A DNA stretch of 64,000 nt from Vermamoeba vermiformis (taxonomy: Eukaryota): the NCBI GenBank assembly GCA_045837725.1, contig JBEWZL010000069.1:62001-126000 (forward strand). The letters are read 5' to 3'. Position 1 is the stretch's first letter; each line of letters starts with the position of its first letter. Shown here in pieces: positions 1 to 17,213 of this stretch. Made by a program: the position numbers and the translations under genes. The notes below the pieces were generated by a model. That model was not told where the DNA came from. It did not search any database and was given only the letters and a program-made list of their open reading frames with translations.

Positions 1-94
1 CACCTCCTTCACCAACGCACCACGAGGCTATAACAAGTAACGCAAAACTCACGATCCCCGTGAAAATGCTTGGTGTGAATAATCCAAGCACCAT
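1..94 (-). CDS. 5' end of a gene running off the window (hydrophobic N-terminus)
   Basis: ATG at 94 gives MVLGLFTPSIFTGIVSFALLVIASWCVGEGG, open to the window edge and divergent from NOG1. Confidence 0.4.
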   Translation of the reverse strand, partial: MVLGLFTPSIFTGIVSFALLVIASWCVGEGG

Positions 95-267
95 ATCGTT
101 GTGGTAAAGATATATTAAATAATAAAGAATAAAGTTTGACGTTTCAACTTTTTTTTTGGCCGAGCAACGTTGTCAAAATTTGGTCGCCGTTAGTTTTGTT
201 CTTTCGTTTTTAGCGGATCCCACAGGAGAACGAAGAAGACCATATATATTATAGCTCCTAATCAGCA

Positions 268-3200
268 ATGCCTCTTTACAATTTCAAGACCATCCAGGTC
301 GTCCCATCGGCCAAAGAGTTTGTGGATATCATTCTTTCCAAAACTCAACGAAAGACCCCTACAGTTATTCACAAGCATTATGCTATTTCTAATATCAGAA
401 AGTTTTATATGCGCAAAGTCAAGTATACACAGCAAACGATCCACGATAAGTTGACTCAGATCATCTCAGATTTCCCCATTCTTGATGTACGTATAGGCAA
501 AATAATATTTATGCTACAATCTATAATGCATGTGTTAATTATGGCGCGATTCGCAGCGCTTGGCGTTAATTTTTTAATTTCAAATCCAAATCAGATTGGG
601 ATTCGATCGCGAATAAAATTTATCAACGATATGATTTCGCTTAAAATATTGCTATTGACATTATCGATATTTTTATCTCATTGATGCGCGTACAGAAGCT
701 AACAATCATGTTAAAACAGGAAATTCATCCCTTCTACTCCGATCTGGCCAACGTTTTGTATGATAAAGATCACTATAAATTGGCTTTGGGTCAATTGAAC
801 ACTGCCAGACACTTGGTCGATACTATTGCTAAGGACTACGTGCGCCTCTTGAAGTTCGGAGATTCGCTTTACAGATGTAAACAGCTCAAGAGAGCAGCTC
901 TGGGCAGGTAAGAAATTTGCATATTTACCATAATATAATTTTTCGCCTTTTTACAGCGTATTATTTATCAACTGACGTTCTGATCGCTTGATCGCGATCG
1001 AATCTTGAATGACTTTTTGTATTGATCAACGTCCTAATTATTTTATTAATATAGAATGGTTAAATTGGTTGCTAAGAATGCTCCCGCTTTTGCTTATCTC
1101 GAACAAGTAAGTGTCACTCAAAACTCGGCTCGATCTTTTCCGGTTTAACACCATCGTTTTTTTTGCAAATAGAATTAATATTATACAAATAGAATATTAA
1201 TGATTAATTTAAATAGGTTCGTCAACATATGGCCCGTTTGCCATCGATTGATCCCAACACTAGAACTCTTTTGCTCTGCGGTTATCCTAACGTCGGAAAA
1301 TCATCTTTTATGAACAAGGTACGCATTATTATAATATAATAAGGACTATTTATAATATTAAAGCGAATGAAGCAAATTTACTCATAATATTATTGCGTAG
1401 GTTACTCGAGCCAATGTCGATGTTCAAGAATATGCTTTCACCACCAAATCACTCTTCGTTGGTCACACTGACTTTAAATATTTGCGCTGGCAGGTAAGAT
1501 TCGATTTTGAATGCGTGCATTCGCTGTGTAACAGCTCGATCCCGTCTGTAGATCTTATCGAACAAATTAGTTTTGCTTAACATTAATATTAGCGTCTCTG
1601 CATAAGTACATGTGGTTGTTTATACGTATACTATTAATAACACTATCATTATAGGTTATTGATACCCCGGGTATTTTGGATCACCCTATCGACGAAAGAA
1701 ACACTATTGAAATGCTTTCTATTACTGCTTTGGCGCACTTGAAGTGCAGTATTATCTATATTATTGATATTTCTGAGCGTTGCGGTTACAGTATTGCCGA
1801 ACAAGTAAGTCTTCAGCGAACTGGAGTGGATGCATCCGTTAACTTACGAGCAAGAATTATATAAAATTAATCGTTATGTTATATAGGTCGCTCTTTTCAA
1901 CAGTATTAAGCCTTTGTTTGCCAACAAGCCTCTTCTCGTTGTTTTGAACAAGACGGATCTTCGTCCTGTTGAGAACTTGAACCCTGAAGAACGTGCCTTA
2001 TTGCAAGCTCTTGCTGAGCATCCTAACACTGAACTCGTTCCTATGAGCAACATGACTGAGGACGGTGTTAGTCACGTTAAGGAACTCGCTTGCGAAAAGT
2101 TACTGAAAATGAGAGCCGAATCCAAGTTGCAAGGCAAAAAGATCAACGAAATTACCAACAGAATTCACGTTTCTATGCCTCAGCCTAGAGATAATGTCGT
2201 AAGTATAGTATTACAAATCATTTTGGACTAATTTCGGATCCACTTTTTGGATGCCGTTACACGAGCTTGAAAATTTATTCATTTATTATTTGATTTCGTT
2301 ATTCCGTTATATATGGTGTATTAATAATATTTACAGCAACGCCCTCCTTATGTTCCTCCTACAGTCGGTACAGTTGAGGAAGGTGAAGTCGTCAGAGAAC
2401 GAAGACAAGAATACGAAGAACAAATGGAACTCTACAGAGAAATGGACCCTGCCTACAAGGGCATTGATTGGAGAAGTAAGTATTCCTTAATACAATAATA
2501 TAACAGTGGTTTGAGGAAAGAGAATTTTTTTTGCGATCCGGATCTTGCTTTTGAAGTCTTAGTTCTGCTTTAATAACTAGTTATTAATGATATATTTCTT
2601 AGAATATTACACTTTGGAGAACGACGAATGGAAGTACGATAAGATTCCTGAGATTATGGACGGTCTCAACATTTCCGATTACATCGATCCGGATCTTATT
2701 GAAAAGCTTGAAGCCTTGGAGCGCGAAGAAGAAGAGCGTACTCGTAAATTGCAAGCCTTGATGGAGAGCCCTGATTGGGATGTAAGTAACCATTTTAAAA
2801 TCAGATCACGCGTTACGAAGAGTTTTTGGATCTGCTTCATTGTGCAATCCACTCGTTTCATATATTTATTAATGGCGTAATATTAATAGGAGGATGATCT
2901 CCCTGAATTGACTGAAGAGGATATGGAGAAGGTTCGCCGCATCCGTACCAAGAAGGCCCTCTTGATCCAACAAAGCGCTTTGGACAAGCCCAACAACGCT
3001 CCTATTATCCCCAAGAAGTATCAAGTAAGCATATATTTACTATTATTAAAGCGAATTTGAGCCTGGATCTGACCTGGAACTTTTTTTTTAGCCCGGTAAC
3101 ACCACTGAATTTGAAAGCCATTTGCGCGATTTGGGAATTGATCCCAGCGCTGCCGTCGAGCGTGCTAGGTAAGCTCAACACCTTCATTATACTATCATAG

Positions 3201-3619
3201 TCATATTCTTATTCTCTCGTTTAGATCTCGCAGCCGAAGTCGCGCTAGACCTGACACCTCGATGAGCAGAGGTCGTGCCAAGTCACGTGAAGAAGTTGAA
3301 AAAGAACGCGCTGTTTCCAGGACACCCAAGCCCGGCGAGGGTTTCAAGAACTTGAAGGTACTTATTCATATAGCGTTAATGTAACTTGTACCCAGCTGCG
3401 TTTTTTGGTGGATCTGATCTGGATCCGGATCTTTTGGGAACACTTTTTAACGGTTTAAATCTATAGGCTAAGAATATGGCCGAGAAGTTGGGTCGTTATG
3501 CTCAACGAGAACGCAATCGTGATGGTCGCAAGGGTGAAGCTGACAGATGGGTGCCTGATCTTAAGCCCAAGCATTTGTTTGCTGGTCACCGTGGTATAGG
3601 CAAGAACGATAGACGTTAA
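268..3619 (+). CDS. NOG1: Nucleolar GTP-binding protein 1 (NOG1/GTPBP4), multi-exon
   Basis: Exons encode [27 protein letters not shown] (G1), [21 protein letters not shown] (G3), NKTD (G4) and C-terminal [21 protein letters not shown] introns; TAA at 3617-3619. Confidence 0.96.
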
Positions 3620-3878
3620 GAAAGATGAAAATACGAATGTCGTACATAATAATCATCTAATCAATATAATATTTTATTTTGCGAAAGTTTTGTTAGCGAG
3701 AACGTCAAATTTGTTTGTCGGATCTAAAAAAGTACTTCGATTGCAAATAAATGTTCTTCAATTAAGATACGCGCCCTTATATAGAAATTTAACATTATTA
3801 CTTTGCAATTTGCCTAATATAAGATATTTATTACAAGAGTAAAATTCTAGCTACAAATAAAATAAATGATCGTTTTAT

Positions 3879-6265
<2,387 letters not shown>

Positions 6266-6717
6266 CTCCGTTTGATCTGCGTACCACTTGTTGCGATACG
6301 TTAAATGAAAAAGATTTAGTGAAATAGTTCACGCGTTCGTAATAAAAATTAAGAAGGGAACAACTATTTTTACGTCCGTACTAACCTTTTTGCCGTTTCC
6401 GTACAAAAATTTAGTTTGCCTTATTTGGAAGTCGCGCCTCTCCCAAAGAGTGGTACCAAATACCTTCTTGACTTACCTCCAATCTCTCATCAGCGATTTC
6501 GTCGAAATTCCTCCAGTTGGGATCTGTAGCTTGATTCTACCCAAAAAAAGGTAGTGAGGACGGATCCAATAAGACTGGCTTAAAGTCCATGGTGATAGTG
6601 TGGGTGAACGGCTCAAAGATAGTATAGGGCTGCTAAGAGTCGAAGGAAAAGTTGCCGTACAAAGCAAAAAAGAGGTGGATCGGATCTACTATTTTTAATA
6701 GCAAGATTTTTTTACAA

Positions 6718-9700
6718 TTAAAATCCAAATTCACCGGCTTTAAATCGCTTATTACCGCCTCCATCGCCTTCATCTCCGCCTTCAGCCTTTCGTTTCTTAT
6801 TGTCCCAAATATTTTCAATCTTCTTCATTTGGTTATTAATCTTAGCGGCTTTTTGGCCCTTTTGTTGCTTCGTTTTGCGACCATCGGCCATTTTAACTCC
6901 GAATTGGTACGCAGCTCTATTAATAAAAAAACACATTAGTCTCAATAGACTTATTTGCACATCGGTTATAATATCATAGTAAAGTAACATAATCTGTGCG
7001 GCAAGATCCAAACTTAGATCGGATCCAGATCCAGATCTAGATCTGCTCCCGAAGCATTGATGATATTGAATGTATAGCACATTATACTTACTTAGGAGTA
7101 GCTTCACGCGTTTGTTCGTATTTGAGCCAATCCTCGTCAGTTTCAAAGTCCCATCGCTTCAATTTCTTCTTCGTGTCCATCTTAGTGATATCATCTTCGT
7201 CTTCTTCTTCGCCCTGTGCAAATCCCATGCCTTCAAACGTACTATATATAACATTGATCAGTACGACGAATAAACTTGATAAAATAATAACGACGTGAGT
7301 TGTTGTTGTTACGTACGCAGGATAACATTCCATGTAATCGTCCTCTTCAATCTTTTTCTTGTCTTTTGGTTTTTCTTCGGCTTTAGGTCTATAACCAAAA
7401 AATTAGTTAATAATATCGATCAAAACTGTTATTAGTCTCAACCAAAGCTCATACTAGTACGGCACATGTCACGTGTTGGGGGATTAAGGGGTTTAAATAA
7501 ACGCGTGGCAGTAGTTGAGAATAGATTAATGAGATTTCCCCCAAACCCCTTAATCCCCCAACACGTGACACGTGTCATAGTCAAATTTTCAATAGTAAAA
7601 TATTACTATTATTATATTATAATTTTTTTGGCTGGTTTGTGGTGCAAAATAAAATTTGATTTGTGGTGAGGGCACAAGTTTCGATGACTAAATAAGGCTA
7701 TCCAAGTCAACTTACTTATTAGCAGTAGCTGCGCTAGCTTTAGGCAGGGGAGGCAAAGCATCATATGCAGCGTCAGAACTGAAGTCGTAGTCTGACGCGT
7801 CACCAGGGCCCATGGAAGGCATCATCGGACCCAACATGCCACTCGGCTCTGGCTTTTTCTCGTCTTTGTCGTTCAATGTAATATCATAGTCATCATCCAC
7901 GTCGTCAAAAATACTATATTTGGTAATCGTTAGTACTCGAGATTTCCTTTTATGGAAAAATGTTACTTACCTCGCAGAAACTTTAGGCTTTTGCTGTACA
8001 GGTGCGGGTTTAGCTTCGGGTTTTTCTAAAAATGGAAAGTTTAGTTATTATGATTACCAAATATAGTAATATATTGCTTTTACGGGCTTGTAACGTACCA
8101 ATTTTTTTCACTTTTTTATGACCGTGCTTCAGTACTGTCATAATTTTGCTAACTTTTTCGATAATCTCGGGATTAATCTCGCCAGATACGAGTTCTTCCA
8201 TCGCAGGCAAATCATCTTTGCTGCGCGTCACTATTGTTGGCAGTTCTTGGTGCAGATCCGGATCTAACTCAAAAACTAACGTCGTTCGGCCCTATTATAC
8301 TAATTTAGCACTAAATCCATAAAATACAGCATTGTATAGATATTAGAAGGTAGAGCAAACGTTAAAATGCGTTAAGAAATAAAATTAATAAACATTTTGG
8401 ATCGGATCCAGATGATAGTCTAATGCAAAATATGCGACATATATATAAGATTATATTATATGTTTAGTACATACCTTAACGAATGTGTCTATAGTCTCGG
8501 GATACTTCTTCAAAAACACTTCTCGAAACAGATTTCGGCCGAGCACTGTCTTGATCTCAGTCGGCATTTCCATCGCGCGAATTGTTCCGCCAGTGGTGAT
8601 CAATTGTTTCACGGCAAAGGGCTTGGAATGTTCTTCTTGTTCTTGGCGCGCTTTTTCTTCCGCCTTTTGTCGCTCTTCCTCTTCAAGTTCACTTTTGACC
8701 TAAAAAAAAATACTTAATTAATAAAAGACCAAAGAATAATAACAACTAAAGCAATATCATGTTGGATATAATATTTAAATGCAATTTCGTTGGAAAATTG
8801 GGTTTGTTCAGAAATTAGATCCGGTACGAAAAAAATAATTTCGTTGGTCGGTTAGGTATACTAGTAGACTTATATTATAGTAGTATATACCTTCTCTAAT
8901 AGTGCGTAATCAAGACCTTTGACCAAGTGCGTGTGTTCCAAATCACCTCCCAAGTATTTCGATCGTTCATATTCTTGTCTGCGTAACTCCTCTGGATCCA
9001 CTTGACTATCGAATACAACGAATTAAAATCCTCACTAATAATTAACATATCATTATTTTTATTACTTTAAAAGGGATTGGTTATTGTAAGCCCAATTTGA
9101 AATCAATTTTTTTTCTTCGAATAAGTTTGATAAAATTTGTACTGGATTTGAATGCTATTAGAATTGCGTATATAACTTACTCTTCACTAGGAGGAGGCAT
9201 ATTATGTAGTCCTACTGTCATTGTTGTTTCTTCTTCGTCCGCTGCATCACCTCCGTTCGCTCGTCGTTCCGCTGCTCGATCTCGATAACCTTCAGGTAAC
9301 ATTGCTTGCTTTTTCTTCATTCTAAAAGCAAATCATATTTTAATAAAACATACCAAATAAGGAAATTGTAAATAGAACTCTATTTTGAAATGGAATTGTC
9401 GTGGATCTGAACCAATTTCAAACGAAGAAGCAATTTCCTTAACAATATGGGTATATATTATAGTACTATATGGTATGCACGTACTTTTCTGCTTTTTTCT
9501 GCTGTTTGATCTTCCTGAATTCGGCGATTTGATCTGGAGTGACTTTCGCTTTGGCGCGAGTTGGATCCAAGTGCGCAAATTTGGACTAATAGGACAATAT
9601 TAGATATTAACCATTATATATGTACGGAGAATAGTTATGTTGAAGAAAGCAAAGGTAATAGAACGAGCATAGATCGGATCGCATCTTTGAACCCGATCGA

Positions 9701-10139
9701 GTGTGATCCTTGGGTGTTATAAGTATATAATAAATATCGTATTAGTTTAGTAAATAATTCTTACGCCTTCTTCTGTGTCTGGTCTACGAGGAGTCATCAA
9801 GAATTTTCTGAAATCTGAGTTTGAAAGTGCATTGCCACCGCCCAAGCTGAAAAAATTAAAATTATAATTAATACGTGTTATATAATATTAAAAAATGCGT
9901 ATAATTAATATTGATGCAATTAGAAAATAATTCTGAATTTTTGTAATAATTATTGAATTAATGCGTAATTCCTTTATTCCAATTGCAGCATTATTCTTGT
10001 AAAATAACACTAATAATTACTTGGATATGGCGTCCATGGCAGCGTTAGTCGGAGCGACCGGATTTGAAAACGAATCTGCATAGAAAAATCAATCAGCGTC
10101 CATTCGATATTTGCAATTAATTGATATACCTCCGGACAT
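6718..10139 (-). CDS. IK: RED/IK spliceosomal protein homologue, multi-exon
   Basis: MSGDSFSNPVAP start; RED_N motifs YRDRAAERR and SKYLGGDLEHTHLVKGLDYALL; RED_C motifs YMECYP and RWDFET...AYQFGVKMADGRKT. Confidence 0.9.
7467..7570. repeat. Perfect 28-bp inverted repeat in a RED intron
   Basis: 7467-7494 TGTCACGTGTTGGGGGATTAAGGGGTTT is the reverse complement of 7543-7570; 48-nt spacer. Confidence 0.9.
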
Positions 10140-10804
10140 AATGTAGTGTTATTATTATACAATAGAGCAATAATTCTGCCGCAAAATTTTGTACGTTTTT
10201 AGGGAGGCAGAAAAAACTGCCGTGACGCACTTCAAAAAAAGATTTTGTGCCTTCAATATCTATGAAGAGCATAATATTCCTATTTCGGCGAGCACACTTT
10301 AATAAATTTATCGCCGAACAGCAACCACACATCAACGAATAAACTTAACCGGTGATAGAACAGCTTATATAGTATATAATAGTCAGCGAATTAATCGTCA
10401 GCGTGGTCGTACTGTAAGGTAAGATCCCCGGCACTTTACCATCTGATAAAATTTTTGTTCAACTATGAATTATATGATTCTGTCTATTATATTTCGCATA
10501 TATATATATTATACCAATTATTGGTGCATAACAGAGCTTGAATTACACCAAAATTGAATTTTTTCGGTTTATTCGATCTGGCTCGGAAATTATCGTTTTT
10601 CCAAAATAGCTTCGCAGCAATACTTCATAATTTAATATAATACAAGGAAAATTATCTAAAGTATGATTTGCAGAAATTTTGTACATTCGATACTGCTGTG
10701 CCCCCATCCGCGAACTCTCTCTCAAGCAACAACAGAACAATCAAAATTGGCCTGGGAGTGGTTCTAGTTATCAAGTATGTAATGCTTTAGCACTATAGAT
10801 AAGA

Positions 10805-13755
10805 ATGCAACTGATTCTCAACAGTATAGGAATGGCTGCGATTGTGAATGAAGGTGCGACGTGTTACATCAGCGCATCTCTTCAGTTATTGTACAGTTTA
10901 GCACCGTTGCGCGAGCAAATCTTAATATGCAATCCTAAAACACCTCTTGGACTTGAATTGAAGAAGATATTTGTGCAAATGTCACAATTAAAAACCGTTC
11001 AAATTGGGCAACTCGCAACGTTAATGAACATCAGCAAGTCAGACTGTCGACATAAACAAGAAGATGCCCAGGAATTCATCATTAGTGTTGTTCATAAATT
11101 GGATAAAGACAAAGAGATGAAAAGAATTTTCTCGTCGGTGTTTGCAGGTTCGACTGTTACCACCATATCTGAGCGAAACATTGAACCATTTTTGGGTAAG
11201 TGCATTGATAGTTTAACGCAACTCTGACAGCAAAGTTGCAGATTTGTCCGTTCCAATTCCAAAACACCCAGCTCCAACTCTGATTGAATGCATTCAGTTA
11301 TTGTTCGACAACAATACAAAGTTTCATTCAATGCCGCAAGTACTGCTGTTGCATATAAAGCGATTTTCGGCCACTAAAAAGCTTACTTCTCGAGTTGAAT
11401 TTCGAGCAAAGTTGACAATACCAGCAACATTAAATGACAACAATTGCGCAGAGGCATTCAAGTTGCAGTCGTACATTGTCCATCAAGGTTCCAAAAACAA
11501 AGGTCACTATTGGACAAATAGTCTTTGTAATGGACAATGGATGGAATTGAATGACACAAAAATAACTAAAGTAAGGTATATCATTTTGTAGGCAACTTTC
11601 TGACATCAATAGATTAGTGGAGCTGCCAATCAAAAGTACTTTGAAGGCGAGTCTGTCGGATACCTAGTTGCATATGTTCAAGAGAGAGCTCAATCACCAA
11701 TGAAAGCTAAGAGAGCTGCTACCAAGAAAATTGATGATGATTATATGGACTGGGATACAGCATCAAGCTCTGATATGCCAGCAATTCACTCTATTGATAG
11801 TGACTCTTACGAAGCAAGTGAAAGTGTTGACTCTGACTACTGGTTTGAAGATTATGAGTGTGAGGAAGTATCGGATGAACAGCCGAAAGTAAACAAATTT
11901 GCTGATGGTAAGTAAAAAGGAATGCATTGATATTAATCTAATGGATTCCCAGTGAAAAAGCAAGCTGAAGTTGAGGGCTGGAAGATTGACGGCAAAAAGT
12001 TCAAATCCAAGAAAGATTACATCCCTCCTCCTGCTCCTGGCCCAAAGCGTGCAGTAATACTTCAGATAATCAACCAAATTCGGCAGCTACACAATCAATC
12101 CCAATTACAATCAGTTCTTAATGTCAGTCCCCTTGATTGTTACTTGTTGCTAATGGAGGAAGTTATTAACCACATTGTTTCCGAAACCAACAAGCAAAAT
12201 GACAAATTTAAGCTCACTTATAGTGATATTAGTGCGTACATCGGAGTAAGGATAGCCCAGCAATTATCTCCAAGTCATGCTATTGATGATGCTTGGGCAA
12301 CATTCAAGTATTCAAGAGGAATGTGGGGTAATCGTTGGATTGCCAAAACAATGCTCAAAGATGAATACAAGTTCATACACAGCAACAAGTCGTAAGTGAT
12401 TGTGCTGCATTTATCAATACTAATTCATTCAGTTTTGATCTTTATCATGTGTGGCGGCTCTTAAATGAGAAATATTCCTCAATTTGGACCCCTTATGGAA
12501 ACTTGGCACTTGATGATAAGGCAAATGCATGGAAAGGGCGTTCAATTTATCGAATTTACCGTCAACGGAAACCATTCCCATGGGCAATGTTAGAATACAT
12601 CACAATTGATGAAGCAGGCTGGATTGTAGCATTCATTCCACGTTATGGAGATTTTGCTAGTGTTACAAAGCAGTATCAACAGTGGAAAGAACGATATGAC
12701 AATTGGTTGCAAAACAAAGGAGATAAACCACCAGCATTCAAACGCTTGTTCCCAAGTGCCAGCAAGACAAACTTCAATTTACACATGGCTATCAATTTCT
12801 TGTTGTCAAGACTTCCTGACACTGATGGCAATTTGGCACCCTTTATAGTGTCTCCATGGACAGTTGATGACTGGAGTGCAATATTCTCTCGCGATATTTC
12901 CAACTATCAAATATATTGTGACAGAGAGTTCAGTTCTTATTGGCATCACTTTCGTCAATTCAAAGGTCTTGGATATACCTTGGGCATTGCTTCTGGACAC
13001 CACACTCATCTATTCCGCGACAACTTAGCCGTTGGTTTGAAAATTGGAGACTGGCATTCATTAACGGATAATTCAGAAGTCATTTTGACATATTCTGATC
13101 CTCAAGGTTCAGTTTGGGTTAGTAACAGGCATTCTGGAGAAGCTGTAGCATGCAGCAAGAAGCAAGGCAACAAGCAAGTCAAAAAGCAAAAAGTCGCTTC
13201 TGTCCCTACATTAATAGCACAGTACAGAAAGCATTTTTCAGCAGTTGACTCTCATAACTCCAAAGCCAAAAAATTCTTTTGGCCACATCGCATTCGCAAG
13301 GTAAAGACAGCATTTTATCTAAAATGGTGTAACATAACGTTTTAGGTTACTGATCGCTATGTGCTGGGAGACTGGGAGAGATCTGCTCAGGTTCAGGCGG
13401 AGCTATTGTACCAGGCTCTAACAGGCAAGGACATATCATCAAAGGAATTTCTGTCCACCTTGTCTCGCAGTTTGACAGAGAACTTTGTAACAAAGAGAGA
13501 GAGATCAACTTCTGTTGAAGCATTGGACTTAGCAAGGTCAAGTGCCAAACACAATCCTTATGCACACAGTTGCACGTATACTTTTGGATCACGGAAACGT
13601 TGCTTCCACTGCCAGAGTGAACAAGTTGATTCTTCTACAATGTAAGCTTACTTATTATTTCATTAATAACAGTCAACCTTAGGTATAAATGCCAACAGTG
13701 TAAAGTGCACCTCCACAAAAAGTGCTGGAAGAAATTTAAAGGAGTGAATTTATAA
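10805..13755 (+). CDS. USP (peptidase C19)-piggyBac transposase fusion with C-terminal Cys/His-rich domain; 5' end uncertain
   Basis: In-frame introns 11196-11241, 11571-11612, 11908-11952, 12392-12432, 13301-13345, 13642-13682. USP boxes NEGATCY, QEDAQEF, HQG..GHY, WMELND, GYLVAY. Transposase motifs LALDDK..WKGR..Y..RKP, IYCDREFSS, YRKHFSAVD. C-terminal CFHC..CQQCKVHLHKKC. Confidence 0.85.
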
Positions 13756-13793
13756 TTAAAATAGTAGTAATCTAGTTGTTAGTCAGGCAAGTG

Positions 13794-14057
13794 GTGACGT
13801 GTTCCACGTTGTGGTGTGACATGAGCACGAAAGTGACTGCTGTGGTTAGACGTAAGACTCTCCACATGTATGTGTGGGTATGAGTCAGAATGAGCCTTCC
13901 ACAGTAGAATTGCCACTGGTCTATTGGACTCTCCTAAGTGACGTGTTCCACGTTGTGGTGTGACATGAGCACGAAAGTGACTGCTGCAGTTAGACGTAAG
14001 ACTCTCCACATGTATGTGTGGGTATGAGTCAGAATGAGCCTTCTGCAGTAGAATTGC
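13794..14057. repeat. Two near-identical 120-bp direct repeats (period 144)
   Basis: 13794-13913 versus 13938-14057 (GTGACGTGTTCCACG...CAGTAGAATTGC), about 4 mismatches. Confidence 0.95.
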
Positions 14058-14138
14058 TTAGATAAGAGTTCAAAAAACCCATTTTTCAGTGATGGGTATC
14101 GTATACCCTTGCAGTTGGTTAAGGAATATTTACATATC

Positions 14139-16964
<2,826 letters not shown>

Positions 16965-17213
16965 ACCTTGCATCTTTATGTGCCAGACATTGACGAAAAT
17001 AATTGTTTTATGCTAAGTAACCCGGTTATTTCTTCAATCGAATTCGTAGAATAAAATATGCTCCTTAATTGTCCTAGCTGAGCGTTTCAAAATGAAAACC
17101 TTCGTGCAAAAAAAAAAGATTTGGGAAGAAGTAATTATAAGTTCATTTTTTGTACTGGCATGAAATCAGATCAACAAAATCGAGATCTGATTTCAGCATC
17201 GTATTACACTACA

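Larger units (their letters stand above)
10349..14118 (+). mobile_element. piggyBac-like DNA transposon (boundaries tentative)
   Basis: Contains a piggyBac-type transposase gene. Candidate TTAA at 10345-10348 and 14119-14122 with CC...GG termini; no clean TIR visible. Confidence 0.6.

Noticed and set aside
487-3467. Possible intron-encoded snoRNAs in NOG1
   Set aside because: No convincing C/D or H/ACA box arrangement seen by eye; needs a covariance-model search.
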